From NCBI GenBank assembly GCA_964016885.1, contig OZ024741.1, positions 320,602,001 through 320,666,000 on the forward strand: 64,000 nucleotides of DNA, in the 5' to 3' direction. Every line of letters begins with the position of its first letter. Position 1 is the first letter of the stretch. The notes under the pieces were generated by a model that was given only the letters and a program-made list of their open reading frames with translations, did no database searches and was not told the DNA's origin. Below, piece by piece: positions 1 to 13,269 of this stretch. The position numbers and the translations under genes are program-made. This stretch comes from Eledone cirrhosa (lineage: Eukaryota).

Positions 1-59
1 AACATAAAAATAACATACGCACTCTACTTTTCACTCGATTCTTAATCAATAAATAATTA

Positions 60-63
<4 letters not shown>

Positions 64-152
<89 letters not shown>
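64..152. repeat. (CA)n microsatellite
   Basis: Pure CA dinucleotide run. Confidence 0.95.
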
Positions 153-154
<2 letters not shown>

Positions 155-282
155 CACATATACATAGATATACACACAAACAGACATACTGACAGACATA
201 CGCAATGCATACACATGCACAAATACACAAACATATAAAGCACCCTCGTGTGTATGTATATCTATAGCAATCTATATATCAA

Positions 283-318
<36 letters not shown>

Positions 319-339
319 TGTATGTGTATATATGTGTGC

Positions 340-370
<31 letters not shown>

Positions 371-554
371 CAAGTACAGCCACATAGACACACATATGAA
401 GTATAGTTTCTTCAAAGTGTATTTAACGACTATTCCCTACCATTAATTAAAACAGACACGCCATAAAACGTAACATTTTGTTCAATGTTTCATAGAAATG
501 AAAGCTATGTACGGTCTTTCGGTTACTTACATCACATAATTGCCTACAACAACA

Positions 555-900
<346 letters not shown>

Positions 901-1195
901 CAGCACTACATTGTTGTGGTTGTTATTTCGACTCTTACTATAGCCAAATCCGCCTCCAAACTGCCTAAAGAAACTTCCCCGCTCTTGTCTCTTTTCCTCA
1001 TTTAAAGAGAATCAATCGAATTTCCGATGGGAGATAAATCACTCCTGAAAGGTATGAGTTTGCCCATCACGTCATTTGAATTACGATGCCAGGAAATCAT
1101 GCATAAACACGTATAAAAATACACACACACACTCACAGAAACACGCATACACACATTTATTTATATATATATATTTATATATATATATATTTATA

Positions 1196-1258
<63 letters not shown>

Positions 1259-1501
1259 TTATATATATATATATATGAAAAATGAAACGAAATTTCATTT
1301 CTCACTCTTAGTACGGCTGTTACTTAAATATAAGTATGTATACGTACATACATATATGTATACAGACGTACAATAGTATGTATATATATATACATACATG
1401 CACACACATATATATATATATGTACGTATGGATTTACCGAACATTTATTATAATGCTCGGTTTTTTTGTAAACAAACATCCCGAATTAAGCCGTACAAGA
1501 A

Positions 1502-1540
1502 GGTGCTGACGATAGCTAATAAGCTTGAAACTAGTACATC
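1502..1540 (+). ncRNA. Minimal type I hammerhead ribozyme
   Basis: GGTG-CTGACGA-T-AGCT(AATA)AGCT-T-GAAA-CTAG-TA^CATC; helix I GGTG/CATC; palindromic loop 3 CTAG; GUA triplet. Confidence 0.8.
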
Positions 1541-1917
1541 ATTCCTTTGACAGTGTTGAACAAAAGGGCAAAGATGATTGCTAAACACTGTACGGCTTAA
1601 TTCGGGATGTTTGTTTACAAAGAAACCGAGCATTATAATAAATGTTCGGTAAATCCATACGTAGAGATATATATGTGTGCATGTATGTATATATATACAT
1701 ACTACTGTACGTCTGTATACATATATGTATGTACGTATACATACTTATATTTAAGTAACAGCCGTACTAAGAGTGAGAAATGAAATTTCGTTTCATTTTT
1801 TCTATTTATCGTTTTCGGTGCGCCCAGCCGATTGACTCACTCGATATGCATATTAGGCTGCTCAGCCGTTAATATGCATAAGGAAAGTATATACTTTCAG
1901 ACGTTCAATCATCTGCC

Positions 1918-1974
1918 AGGAAGGTATAAGGTGCTGACGCTAGCTAATAAGCTTGAAACTAGTACATCGTTCCT
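1918..1974 (+). ncRNA. Second hammerhead copy with core mutation (CTGACGC)
   Basis: Same as 1502-1540 except A9->C; extended helix I AGGAA/TTCCT beyond a bulge. Confidence 0.65.
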
Positions 1975-2159
1975 TTCTCAGTGTTGAATAAAAAGGCAAC
2001 GATGGTTGCTAAACACAGTACGGCTTAATTCGGGATGTTTGTTTACAAACAAACTGAGCATTATATTAAATGTTCGGTAAATCCATACGTACATATATAT
2101 ATGTATATATATACATACTACTGTACGTCTGTATACATATATGTATGTACGTATACATA

Positions 2160-2223
<64 letters not shown>

Positions 2224-2550
2224 TATATATATATATATATACACACACACATATATACATATATACACACACATATATATATATATATATATATGTATAA
2301 ATATTTCTTATCTTATTTTAGGAAGCCGTAGCTATGCAAACACCGAGGGGCTGACGCCCTCTGGTGATGTCCAGCAGAAGCAAGGGGGACACTGTATTTC
2401 TTTGGAGATACGAAATATTTATACATATTGTATAAAGCTATGCTTGAAGCGAAATCCTATTTCTTTCTTATATATATATATATATTTATGTGTATATATA
2501 TATATTAAAATACAAATATTAATAAAATAGATGTTCTTTTGATCAATTAC

Positions 2551-2603
2551 ATTATATTATACATATTTCAGAGGTACCACAGTACGTCCTCATCAGACAA
2601 AAT
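2551..2603 (-). ncRNA. Type I hammerhead ribozyme (inverted arm copy)
   Basis: Minus strand reads ATTTTGT-CTGATGA-GGACGTAC(TGTG)GTACCTCT-GAAA-TATGTA-TA^ATATAAT. Confidence 0.7.
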
Positions 2604-2721
2604 ATAATGATACATGACATACCCTGAGATGTTAAATGGTTAAGATTTGGTCAAGGTACCTTGACTACCTTGATTAAATCTTAACCATTTAACATCTCAT
2701 GGTATGTCATGTATCATTTTA

Positions 2722-2772
2722 TTTTATCTGATGAAGACGTACTGTTGTACCTCTGAAATATGTATAATAAAA
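2722..2772 (+). ncRNA. Type I hammerhead ribozyme
   Basis: TTTTAT-CTGATGA-AGACGTAC(TGTT)GTACCTCT-GAAA-T(ATGT)A-TA^ATAAAA; helix I TTTTAT/ATAAAA. Confidence 0.8.
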
Positions 2773-2916
2773 TGTAATTGATCAAAAGAACATCTATTTT
2801 ATTAATATTTGTATTTTAATATTAATAACTCTGGAAAATACTTAACTGTAGAGTGCTTCCAATCTACTGTAAAACTCATTCTTTGATGTACACATTGAAT
2901 CTTGTTTAACTCTTTT

Positions 2917-3375
<459 letters not shown>

Positions 3376-4302
3376 TCACCTTGATCACCTTGACCGACCA
3401 GTCTGTCGGGCGTCCATTCGGCACCACTGGTCACAACACGCCGTCGATTCCACTCTGGATCGTGCTTTCCTCATCCATGTAGTCCCAATCATATTCCTAA
3501 AATCGTAACGCCACCTTCGTGGAGGCCTTCCAAGTGGTCGTTTCCGCTCGCGCGGGTACCACTCGGCAACTGCGCGGGTCCACCGATTATCGGTGAACCG
3601 GGCGACGTGTCCAGCCCATCTGAAGTGCTGCGCATATATTCCGTGATGACGTCCCTCACGCCGGACTTCTGTCTGATGACTTCGCTCTTGATGTGCTCTC
3701 TCAACGAGATTCCTAGAATTGATCTCTCCATGGCTCTTTGAACCGTTACCAGACTCTGCTCTTCTCTCTTCGTTGTAGCCCAAGTTTCATAGCCATATAA
3801 CACTTGCCAGTCAATGCCTCTGATGATCTGCTCGAGACACGCCGTGAAAAGTTTTGGAGAGATCGTATCTCCTTGCTTCACTCCCTTCTCGACCGGCACT
3901 CGTACGGGTGATGACAGCAGAGCTATGTCGGTGGTGCATCCGGAATTCGCCTCCTTGAGCAGTTGAACGTATTGCGCCTCGACTCCTTGCCTCTACAGCG
4001 AGTTCAGCACTGCGTTAATTTCGACGCTGTCGAAGGCCTTCTCGTAGTCTACGAACGCGACGCAAAGAGGCATCTTGTACTCTTTCGCTCGCTCAAGCAG
4101 TTATGTCAGAGTAAATATGTGGTCCATCGTGTTGTAGTTCTTCCAGAAGCCGGCTTGCTCTCTCGGTTTTTGTTCGTCCAGATGACGTGATAACCTGTTC
4201 AAGATTATCTTCATGAACAGCTTGTACACGTGAGACAGCAGGCATATGGGTCGATAGTTCTTCAGATCTTCTCTATCGCCCTTCTTGTATAGCAGGATGG
4301 TA
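3376..4302 (-). pseudogene. RTE-clade LINE 3' fragment (RT, internally deleted)
   Basis: Minus-strand motifs KNYRPICLLS, EQAGF, FVDYEKAFDSV, GVKQGDTISPKLF, LYGYETW, RWAGHVAR, RPLGRPPRRW; stops and a frameshift; YADD region missing; short tandem tail CAAGGTGAT x2. Confidence 0.9.
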
Positions 4303-4864
4303 AATTTTTAATTGAAAATAAAATAACAAGGAATCAGTCCGGAGCTTTGTAGTTATGCAATAGGTGTTTGGCGACGTGTGGACAACGTGTGAAAAATTCA
4401 TTTCTCGTGTTTAGGCCATCACTATTGGGTAATCTCTTTAGAATAGGTATTCGTTCGTCAATACATAAGCCACACGTCGGATTTCCCCTTGCGTATGGCT
4501 TGGACTTAGTGATGGCTTTCCATTGGATGGAGTAGTCTATACTTGAATCCTTGAGGGACCATACGTGGCTCACGAGTTTCGTGGATGAACGTCTATCCGG
4601 GTACCTGAAGGTAGACTGGTGGTTCAGGAAACGTTCCTTAAATCGGCCCTCCGCCATGCCCACATAGGATTTGACCTCCTGTGGTTGGTTTGGTCGGTTG
4701 GAAGTGACCACAGCTTCATAAATTACAGCTGGTGTGTTGTATTGCTGTAGAAGGGGGCAAGCTTCGGGCTCACGGCAAGAGCACCCTGGTGGGGTGTTGC
4801 TCCTAGGGCTGCTGCTGATGTGGGCCTTCATGTTCTTAGCGCAGGAGTATCCCAGTTTAACCTG
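4303..4864 (-). mobile_element. Penelope-like element fragment, GIY-YIG endonuclease (inverted copy)
   Basis: VKLGYSCAKNMKAHI, Cys-rich linker CSC..CPL, VIYEA...SYVG, CGLC...LNTRNE..CPH; reverse complement of 4865-5396. Confidence 0.85.
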
Positions 4865-5665
4865 ATGAAGGCCCACATCACCATCAGCCCTAGGAGCAAC
4901 ACCCCACCAGGGTGCTCTTGCCGTAAGCCCGAAGCTTGCCCCCTTCAACAGCAATGCAACACACCAGCTGTAATTTATGAAGCTGTGGTCACTTCCAACC
5001 GACCAAACGAACCACAGGAGGTCAAATCTTATGTGGGCATGGCGGAGGGTCGATTTAAGGAACGTTTCCTGAACCACCAGTCTACCTTCAGGTACCCAGA
5101 TAGACGTTCATCCACGAAACTCGCGAGCCACGTATGGTCCCTCAAGGACTCAAGTATAGACTACTCCATCCAATGGAAAGCCATCACTAAGTCCAAGCCA
5201 TACGGAAAAGGAAATCCGACGTGTGGCTTATGTATTGACGAACGAATAACTATTCTAAAGAGATTACCCAATAGTGATGGCCTAAACACGAGAAATGAAT
5301 TTTTCACACGTTGTCCACACGTCGCCAAACACCTATTGCATAACTACAAAGCTCCGGACTGATTCCTTGTTATTTTATTTTCAAGTAAAAAAATTTCGGA
5401 CTTTCGCAGTTATCTCCCTTACACCTCTCCCACGCATTCTAGTATTTCCTGTGTGAGGTGACCGGGTTTCTGCGCATGCGCGTTCGTACGGTTGTCCTTC
5501 CTGTTCCTATAACAATGCCCATTACAAGCTGAGGATCCGCTAAGGTGAAACAATTGTTCTCGGTATGGTGAACTAACTGTTGTGTAACCACTTCTACCTA
5601 ACTCGTTCCACGGACTGAGTGCTCTACCACTACGGATATTACCTTCCAGTGTTCCACCACTATAA
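4865..5665 (+). mobile_element. Penelope-like element 3' fragment: GIY-YIG endonuclease ORF (stop at 5362) plus pLTR-like 3' region
   Basis: GIY-YIG motifs as in the inverted copy; downstream TGCGCATGCGC, TATAA and a hammerhead motif; ends at (TACA)n. Confidence 0.85.
5519..5568 (+). ncRNA. Hammerhead ribozyme motif in the PLE pLTR-like region
   Basis: CAAG-CTGAGGA-TCC(GCTAA)GGT-GAAA-CAATTG-TT^CTCG; palindromic loop 3; imperfect helix I. Confidence 0.65.
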
Positions 5666-5720
5666 ATATACATACATACATACATACATACATACATACA
5701 TACATACATACATACATACA

Positions 5721-5751
<31 letters not shown>

Positions 5752-5877
5752 GTGTGTGTAAATTTATTTCTTAGCGTCACTATTTACGTCGCGTTGTTTG
5801 TGTTTTTTGTGACCTGGACACTGACACAATTTTGCAGCAGCTAACTTGGAATTTAGAAACGGTACAGTTTCCATGAT

Positions 5878-6150
5878 GGAGGCATGTGGCCTAATGGTAA
5901 GGGTGTTGGACTTACGATCATAGTGCCATCTGTTCGATTCCTGGGTTGCATGTTGTATTCTTGATCAAAATACTTCATTTCACGCTGCTCCACTATACTC
6001 AGCTGAAAATGAGTATCAGAAATAGCTGGGGGTTTAACCCAGCAAAGGACTGGTGTTCTGTCCAGGGGGGAGTCTAGTACTCTAAATCGCTTCACGCCAT
6101 GAAACCGGGATAAGCACTGACCAAATGAGCCTTCTGGCTTAAGACAGACT
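5878..6150 (+). mobile_element. tRNA-derived SINE, family B (CORE-like body)
   Basis: A box TGGCCTAATGG, B box GTTCGATTCC, body ...TTCACGCTGCTCCACTATACTCAGCTG; related fragment at 29544-29690. Confidence 0.7.
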
Positions 6151-6556
6151 CTAGATTTAGTTTCTATTAGCTTCGGAATGCTTTTCTTCCTCTTTACCCT
6201 TATTTATTGTAGTCTGTGTATGTATGTACACACATATACACACGCACGAAGGAGCCCCCCCCCCCCGACACACATACATCAATGTATTCTGTTTCTTGTC
6301 TCGTTTGGGCCAATCACCCCGGTTGTTATTCTCATATATGTAATATATATACATATATATATATAAATGTATATATATATATGCGTGTGTGATGTTCTGT
6401 GTGATGTTCTGTTTGCCTGGTCATCATGTCTTTGTGTGGAAGGCCATTAATTGAAAATTTACTGACGATATGAATGCGGCTAGATGGTCTCAAGTTACAG
6501 ACAATTGTTAATTACGTTTTAACTATATGTTAATTGTTTTGTCAGTGGGTGCGGTT

Positions 6557-6602
<46 letters not shown>

Positions 6603-6795
6603 GTGATGAGCCTATGAGACCACTAATCATGTGACCACTCGATACTTGGGCGTGATGTAGAGTGGGTATAGAGATATGTAAAATCCCGACCGCAGTGTCT
6701 AGTCGTTTCGGCTTGTGTGTTCAGCAAGCAAGCCTTTTCATACAAGCCGAACCCACTTGGCGCCGCGGTCGCGATTATAAATATCTATCTAACAG

Positions 6796-6856
<61 letters not shown>

Positions 6857-8549
6857 GTGTATGTGTGTGGCTGCAAACTCTGCTAAGAGTATTGCAATCG
6901 CTTGTCAGATTACAGAAAATGGTGCACATTTAGGCTACAGCCAGCCACACAAACCTGTAACAGTGCTTTGAAGGTTTTTTTTAAGTGATGAAAGGCCTTG
7001 CACTCGACCAATCCCACTCTCAGAGCATCGAAAACACTACTCGAAAAGGAGAACTTGTCAACATCATCAGATGGTTCCGAAGCCGCAGGTTTTTTTGTTT
7101 TGTTTTTCAGAGTTTCCCTCTCTTGTGACAACAACTGGGGCCTTTCACTCCCAGATGGAAAAAAAAGAACTATTTGGATGGCGGTTGACCCTATTGAGTT
7201 CATCCGCTTTTTGCCGTGTCTTGTATTTCATCCCGCGGGATGACCAAATATCACCCTCTTTGCCAAGCAAGCATACATAAATATATGCATACATATATAC
7301 ATATATGCATACATACATATGCATGCATACATACATGCATATATACATACATGCATACCTACATACATGGTGCATACATGCACACCCATAAACAAACCGC
7401 ATCATCTCTACATACACCCACATATAATTACTCAAACGAATGTGTTTAAATGTATTCACTCATGTGTCTGGAAAGTATTCACTGTCGGTATTGTCACCGA
7501 GAGTTTCAGTTACCTAAACACTGAAGTTGTCTGCTCATAAAACTAACCTGCTAGAGACTGGGAAATGCACAGGAATCTATACATTCGTGGTGACACAGTT
7601 TGTGGCAAGGTTGACTTTTATAACTCGAATTCTTAGAATTACAATCGTATGCCGAACACAATGTCCACTACGTTACATAATTTGACTCTAATTTCAACTG
7701 GCCCGTAAGGTTTGGCTTACACTCTCATATGCAAACAAACTCAGTGATCTTCTGTAACTTTCTATCGTATGGATGCGTGGGCACGATGTCTAACGGAAGT
7801 CTGCAAAGGCATTGTGGCTTTCTAAAACAAGACGATATAAAAGGGAGGTCTCTTTTCTTTATAGATTTCCAATGTTCAGGGAACATCTCATAGCTGAGAT
7901 ATTTCATCTATGAAAGAAAGGGAATTTTCTGCGCATGCTCTTTGGAGGTACATTATGCAGTACACGGCGTTTATTAGCATACAGTTGATGTGGGGGCTTG
8001 ATGTATAAGTCCGGCAGTTATTTTGAAAGATATCACTGTCAAGGGGGTAAAAATTACAGATAATTGATCTGATGGAACTATTTGTTTTGTTTTTTTTCTT
8101 GTTTTGTTTTGTTTTTGCTTGTTTGTTTGTTTTCTTTTGGCGAACTTGGTATTAAATTTAGTTTTACAGGGGGTTTTCTTAAAGTTATTGAAAAATTCAT
8201 CATTAGTTGTCGCGTTTAAAACATCCAAATTTATTATTATTGTACAATTTGCGCTCACAATACACACAATACATACACGCAGATCACATTAATTAAACAT
8301 ACGGTTGCAACACACGGAGAGACACGGAAACATGCAAAAGACATGCGTAACTCACAAAGCACACACCATACATACAGTGACACAAACATAGACACAGGCC
8401 GATACACATACAGACACATACAAACATACGCAATTTACAGAAACGCAAAATATAAACATAGAAAGACACACAACCTACAACACGCACACAGAAATACACA
8501 GAAAACATAATCACATACACGGAGACACAAGACACGAACTTGCAACACA

Positions 8550-8699
8550 CAGTGCATTACTGGTACTTTATTTTATCGACACCTTAAGGATGAAAGGCAA
8601 AGTTAACCACGGCGGGATTTGAACTCAGATCGTAAAGGGCCATAACTCTATGATGTAAAGCATCGTGTCTGACGCTCTACCGATAGTGCCAATTCACCG
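8550..8699 (-). mobile_element. tRNA-derived SINE, family A
   Basis: Reverse complement of the shared consensus TGGCAGTATCGG...GTTCAAATCC...GTTAACTTTGCCTTTCATCCTTACGGGGTCGATAAAATAAAGTACCAG (resembles a Meta/MESC-type central domain). Confidence 0.85.
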
Positions 8700-8764
8700 A
8701 TAATACATACACAGCTTCAACACACACCACAGACAACGCAGAACACATACCCGATAACAGACAA

Positions 8765-9411
8765 TCTATATATATAAAACTGAGGATATCTGTCTGTGTG
8801 TGTGTGCGTGTGTGTATGTGTGTGTGGGGGGTTTCAATCCCTAAAACTCGAGAAGTACCCGACCGATTTTTTTCAAACTTTACATGTGTATTACTTACAT
8901 TTTGGAGAGTGTTATGCACATAAAAAATTCAACTTTTTGATCCCCTAGGTGAAAAACTGCGGTTTTTTCAGCTTTTTAGGGTTTTATGAGGGGTTACGTC
9001 AGACCGATTTCCTTGAAATTGTAACTATGTATTAGTCAGTCTCTTGTTCATACCGTGAGAGAAGAAAATCCGACCTTTTTATGGTCTAGGGCTCGCATTA
9101 AGTGAAAAACTTCATTTTTTCAGCTTTTTAGGGCTTTTTGAGGTGTTACGTCTAGCCGATTTTCCCGAAATTTCAAGGCATATTATGCACATAAAAAATT
9201 CATTTTCTTGATCCCCTAGGGCCCGCATTAGGTGAAAACCTGCATTTTTCCTGCTTCATCGAGGAAAATCTTAAAGATTATCCAGCCATCAGAGTATTCG
9301 GTTTATTTTCTTTACATATTGTCCAGGCATGCAGTTTTTCCACGATTAGGTCTGTTGGCGGCCCGCGTACCAAAATACCTTATCCCGTGCAACGCCGGGT
9401 ACCACTGCTAG
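8765..9411 (+). mobile_element. Non-autonomous Helitron
   Basis: 5'-TCTATATATATAAAA; 3' hairpin CCCG-TGCAACGC-CGGG then CTAG; inserted between A and T with no TSD; internal imperfect repeats. Confidence 0.85.
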
Positions 9412-10023
9412 TATACAATAAACATAAGCACACAACAGAAAGAAACTCGCACAACATACAGATAGACATATCTCTGTACAGACACGTTAACATACAGAAA
9501 GACACACAGACACACAGACATCCACACTTTCATACAGACACACACAAATATACACAGAGACACACAGACGTAAGCATATATATGCATAGACAAAACAGAC
9601 AGACACACAAACATCCACACATCCATACAGACAAATACAAACCTACATACATGCACACACACACAAACACACGCGCACAAGCACACATAGACATGCACAC
9701 ATACACAAGCACACAGACACGAGCACACATACGTAAGCACACATACACAAGCACACAGACACATGCACACATACACATGCACACATACACAAGCACACAC
9801 ACACACACTCACACAGTCATCCACATAACCACACACAACATACACACACACAAAACATACATACATTCATATAGCCACACACATACACACACATTTGCAC
9901 ACATACACAAAACATACATACATTCATAAAGCCACACACACACACACACAACATACACACACATTTGCACACATACACAAAACATACAGACATTGAAATA
10001 GCCACACAACATCCACAATGACA

Positions 10024-10151
<128 letters not shown>

Positions 10152-10402
10152 CAATACACACAAAGACATACTACTGTAAAATACAGGAGGATGAACCAAT
10201 GAAGGAACCCGATGCATCACAGAGAAACAGAGAGAAAACAAGACACTGGCTATAAACTTTAGAAGCTAACTTGCTCTAATTAATAAGATTTCAATTTCGT
10301 GTCAAATAGAATTAATACAACTCTAAACATTAAACCTTTATATCTTCTAATACCTTGTTTGTTTATTTAGTTGTTTTTTTCTAATTACAGTATAATTTAG
10401 GT

Positions 10403-10451
<49 letters not shown>

Positions 10452-10514
10452 ACATAGGCACACACATACGCACACACATACGCCCACACATACGCGCACT
10501 CATACACACACACG

Positions 10515-10556
<42 letters not shown>

Positions 10557-10649
10557 CACACACATACGTACACACACACACACATACGCACGTATATACA
10601 CACACACACACCTATGCTTCTAGAGAACATTACCACTGCTGTTAATTAC

Positions 10650-10840
10650 GACGGTGGATTGGCAGTATCGGAAAAGGGTCAGACGCCATGCTTTGCAGCA
10701 TAGAGTTACGGCCCTTTATGATCTGAGTTCGAATCCCGCCGAGGTTAACTTTGCCTTTCATCTTTACGGGGGTCGATAAAATAAAGTACCAGTAATGCAC
10801 TGGTTTCGTTGCTGGCCTTGTGCCTAAAGTAGAAACAATT
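10650..10840 (+). mobile_element. SINE family A
   Basis: A/B boxes, shared core, 3' end AGAAACAATT. Confidence 0.85.
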
Positions 10841-11169
10841 AATAAGAAATACAACCACTACCACTACCACTACCACTACCACTACTAATATCATCATTAC
10901 CATTACTATTACCATTACTACTAAACCGCCAACACCAGTAACATTACCAACAGACCCAACAACTCCACCGTTACCACTACACCCACCACTATTACAATTA
11001 CTAATAATATGAATATTACGAATAGCTATTATGAATAGCTCTGCTAGCACTAATACCACTGCCACTATTGGCAATACTGTTATCACATATAGTGATGGCC
11101 ACCATTACAAACACCACCGCTTCCACAACATACAAAATCACTACCACAAACGCCACCGCTACTATCAAG

Positions 11170-13210
11170 ACCATCATTACCACCAATACCACTGTTACTA
11201 CAAACACAACAGCTACCACCAATACTACCTCCAATACCACTGTTACTACAAACACAACAGCTACCACCAATACTACCACCAATACCACTGTTACTACAAA
11301 CACAACAGCTACCACCAATACTACCACCAATACCACTGTTACTACAAACACAACAGTTACCACCAATACTACCACCAATACCACTGTTACTACAAACACA
11401 ACAGCTACCACCAATACTACCTCCAATACCACTGTTACTACAAACACAACAGCTACCACCAATACTACCACCAATACCACTGTTACTACAAACACAACAG
11501 TTACCACCAACACTACCACCAATACCACTGTTACTACAAACACAACAGTTACCACCAACACTACCACTAATACCACTGTTACTACAAACACAACAGCTAC
11601 CACCAATACTACCACCAATACCACTGTTACTACAAACACAACAGCTACCACCAATACTACCTCCAATACCACTGTTACTACAAACACAACAGTTACCACC
11701 AATACTACCACCAATACCACTGTTACTACAAACACAACAGCTACCACCAATACTACCTCCAATACCACTGTTACTACAAACACAACAGTTACCACCAATA
11801 CTACCACCAATACCACTGTTACTACAAACACAACAGCTACCACCAATACTACCTCCAATACCACTGTTACTACAAACACAACAGCTACCACCAATACTAC
11901 CACCAATACCACTGTTACTACAAACACAACAGCTACCACCGATACTACCACCAATACCACTGTTACTACAAACACAACAGTTACCATCAATACTACCACC
12001 AATACCACTGTTACTACACACACCACTGCCACCACCAATACTACCACCAATACCACTGTTACTACACACACCACTGCTACCACCAATACTACCACCAACA
12101 CCACTCTTACTACACACACCACTGCTACCACCAATACTACCACCAACACCACTGTTACTACACACAGCACTGCTACCACCAATACTACCACCATACTACC
12201 ACCAACACCACGGTTACTACACACACCACTGCCACCACCAATACTACCACCAATACTACCACCAATACCACTGTTACTACACGCACCACTGCTACCACCA
12301 ATACTACCATCAACACCACTGTTACTACAAACACCACAGCTACCACCAATACTACCACCAAGACCACTGTTACTACACACACCACAGGTACCACCAATAC
12401 TACCACCAACACCACTGTTACTACAAACACCACAGCTACCACCAATACTACCACCAACACCACTGTTACTACACACACCACAGGTACCACCAATACTACC
12501 ACCAGCACCACTGTTACTACAAACACCACTGCTACCACCAATACTACCACCAACACCACTGTTACTACAAACACCACTGCTACCACCAATACTATCACCA
12601 ATACTACCACCAGCACCACTGTTACTACACACACCACAGGTACCACCAATACTACCACCAGCAACACTGTTACTACAAACACCACTGCTACCACCAATAC
12701 TACCACCAGCACCACTGTTACTACACACACCACAGGTACCACCAATACTACCACCAGCACCACTGTTACTACACACACCACAGGTACCACCAATACTACC
12801 ACCAGCAACACTGTTACTACAAACACCACTGCTACCACCAATACTACCTCCAATACAACCACCAGCACCACTGTTACTACACACACCACAGGTACCACCA
12901 ATACTACCACCAGCACCACTGTTACTACACACACCACAGGTACCACCAATACTACCACCAGCAACACTGTTACTACAAACACCACTGCTACCACCAATAC
13001 TACCACCAATACTACCACCAATACAACCACCAGCACCACTGTTACTACAAACACCACTGCTACCACCAATACTACCACCAATACTACCACCAGCAACACT
13101 GTTACTACAAACACCACTGCTACCACCAATACTACCACCAATACAACCACCAGCACCACTGTTACTACAAACACCACTGCTACCACCAATACTACCACCA
13201 ATACTACCAC
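11170..13210. repeat. 48-bp-unit minisatellite (two variant blocks)
   Basis: Unit AATACCACTGTTACTACAAACACAACAGCTACCACCAATACTACCACC; 1-bp deletion near 12193; 12-bp duplications in the second block. Confidence 0.9.
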
Positions 13211-13269
13211 AATCAATAACATCGTCACTGATCCAATACCACAACTACCATGAATATTTAACACTACCA

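Larger units (their letters stand above)
1277..2165 (+). mobile_element. Retrozyme-like non-autonomous element: 428-bp tandem unit (~1.5 copies) plus upstream inverted partial copy, inserted in (TA)n
   Basis: 1500-1750 is repeated at 1928-2165 (core offset 1506->1934 = 428 bp); 1277-1497 is the reverse complement of 1589-1801; each unit begins with a hammerhead motif; (TA)n on both sides. Confidence 0.8.
2502..2915 (+). mobile_element. Fold-back element in (TA)n with a hammerhead in each arm
   Basis: 2502-2657 is the reverse complement of ~2666-2823; unique tail runs to 2915; (TA)n flanks. Confidence 0.8.

Noticed and set aside
4862-4880. CTGATGA at the PLE inversion centre, and similar words at ~3673, 6463, 7064, 21525 and 37963, as hammerheads
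   Set aside because: No helix II-GAAA-UH arrangement follows.
4334-5077. 247-aa and 180-aa ORFs as full proteins
   Set aside because: Their N-terminal parts are read-through of the antisense arm or spacer; only the GIY-YIG portion is real PLE coding sequence.
10650-10745. A/B-box sequences as tRNA genes
   Set aside because: No complete cloverleaf; they are always attached to the same SINE body and occur as many diverged copies.
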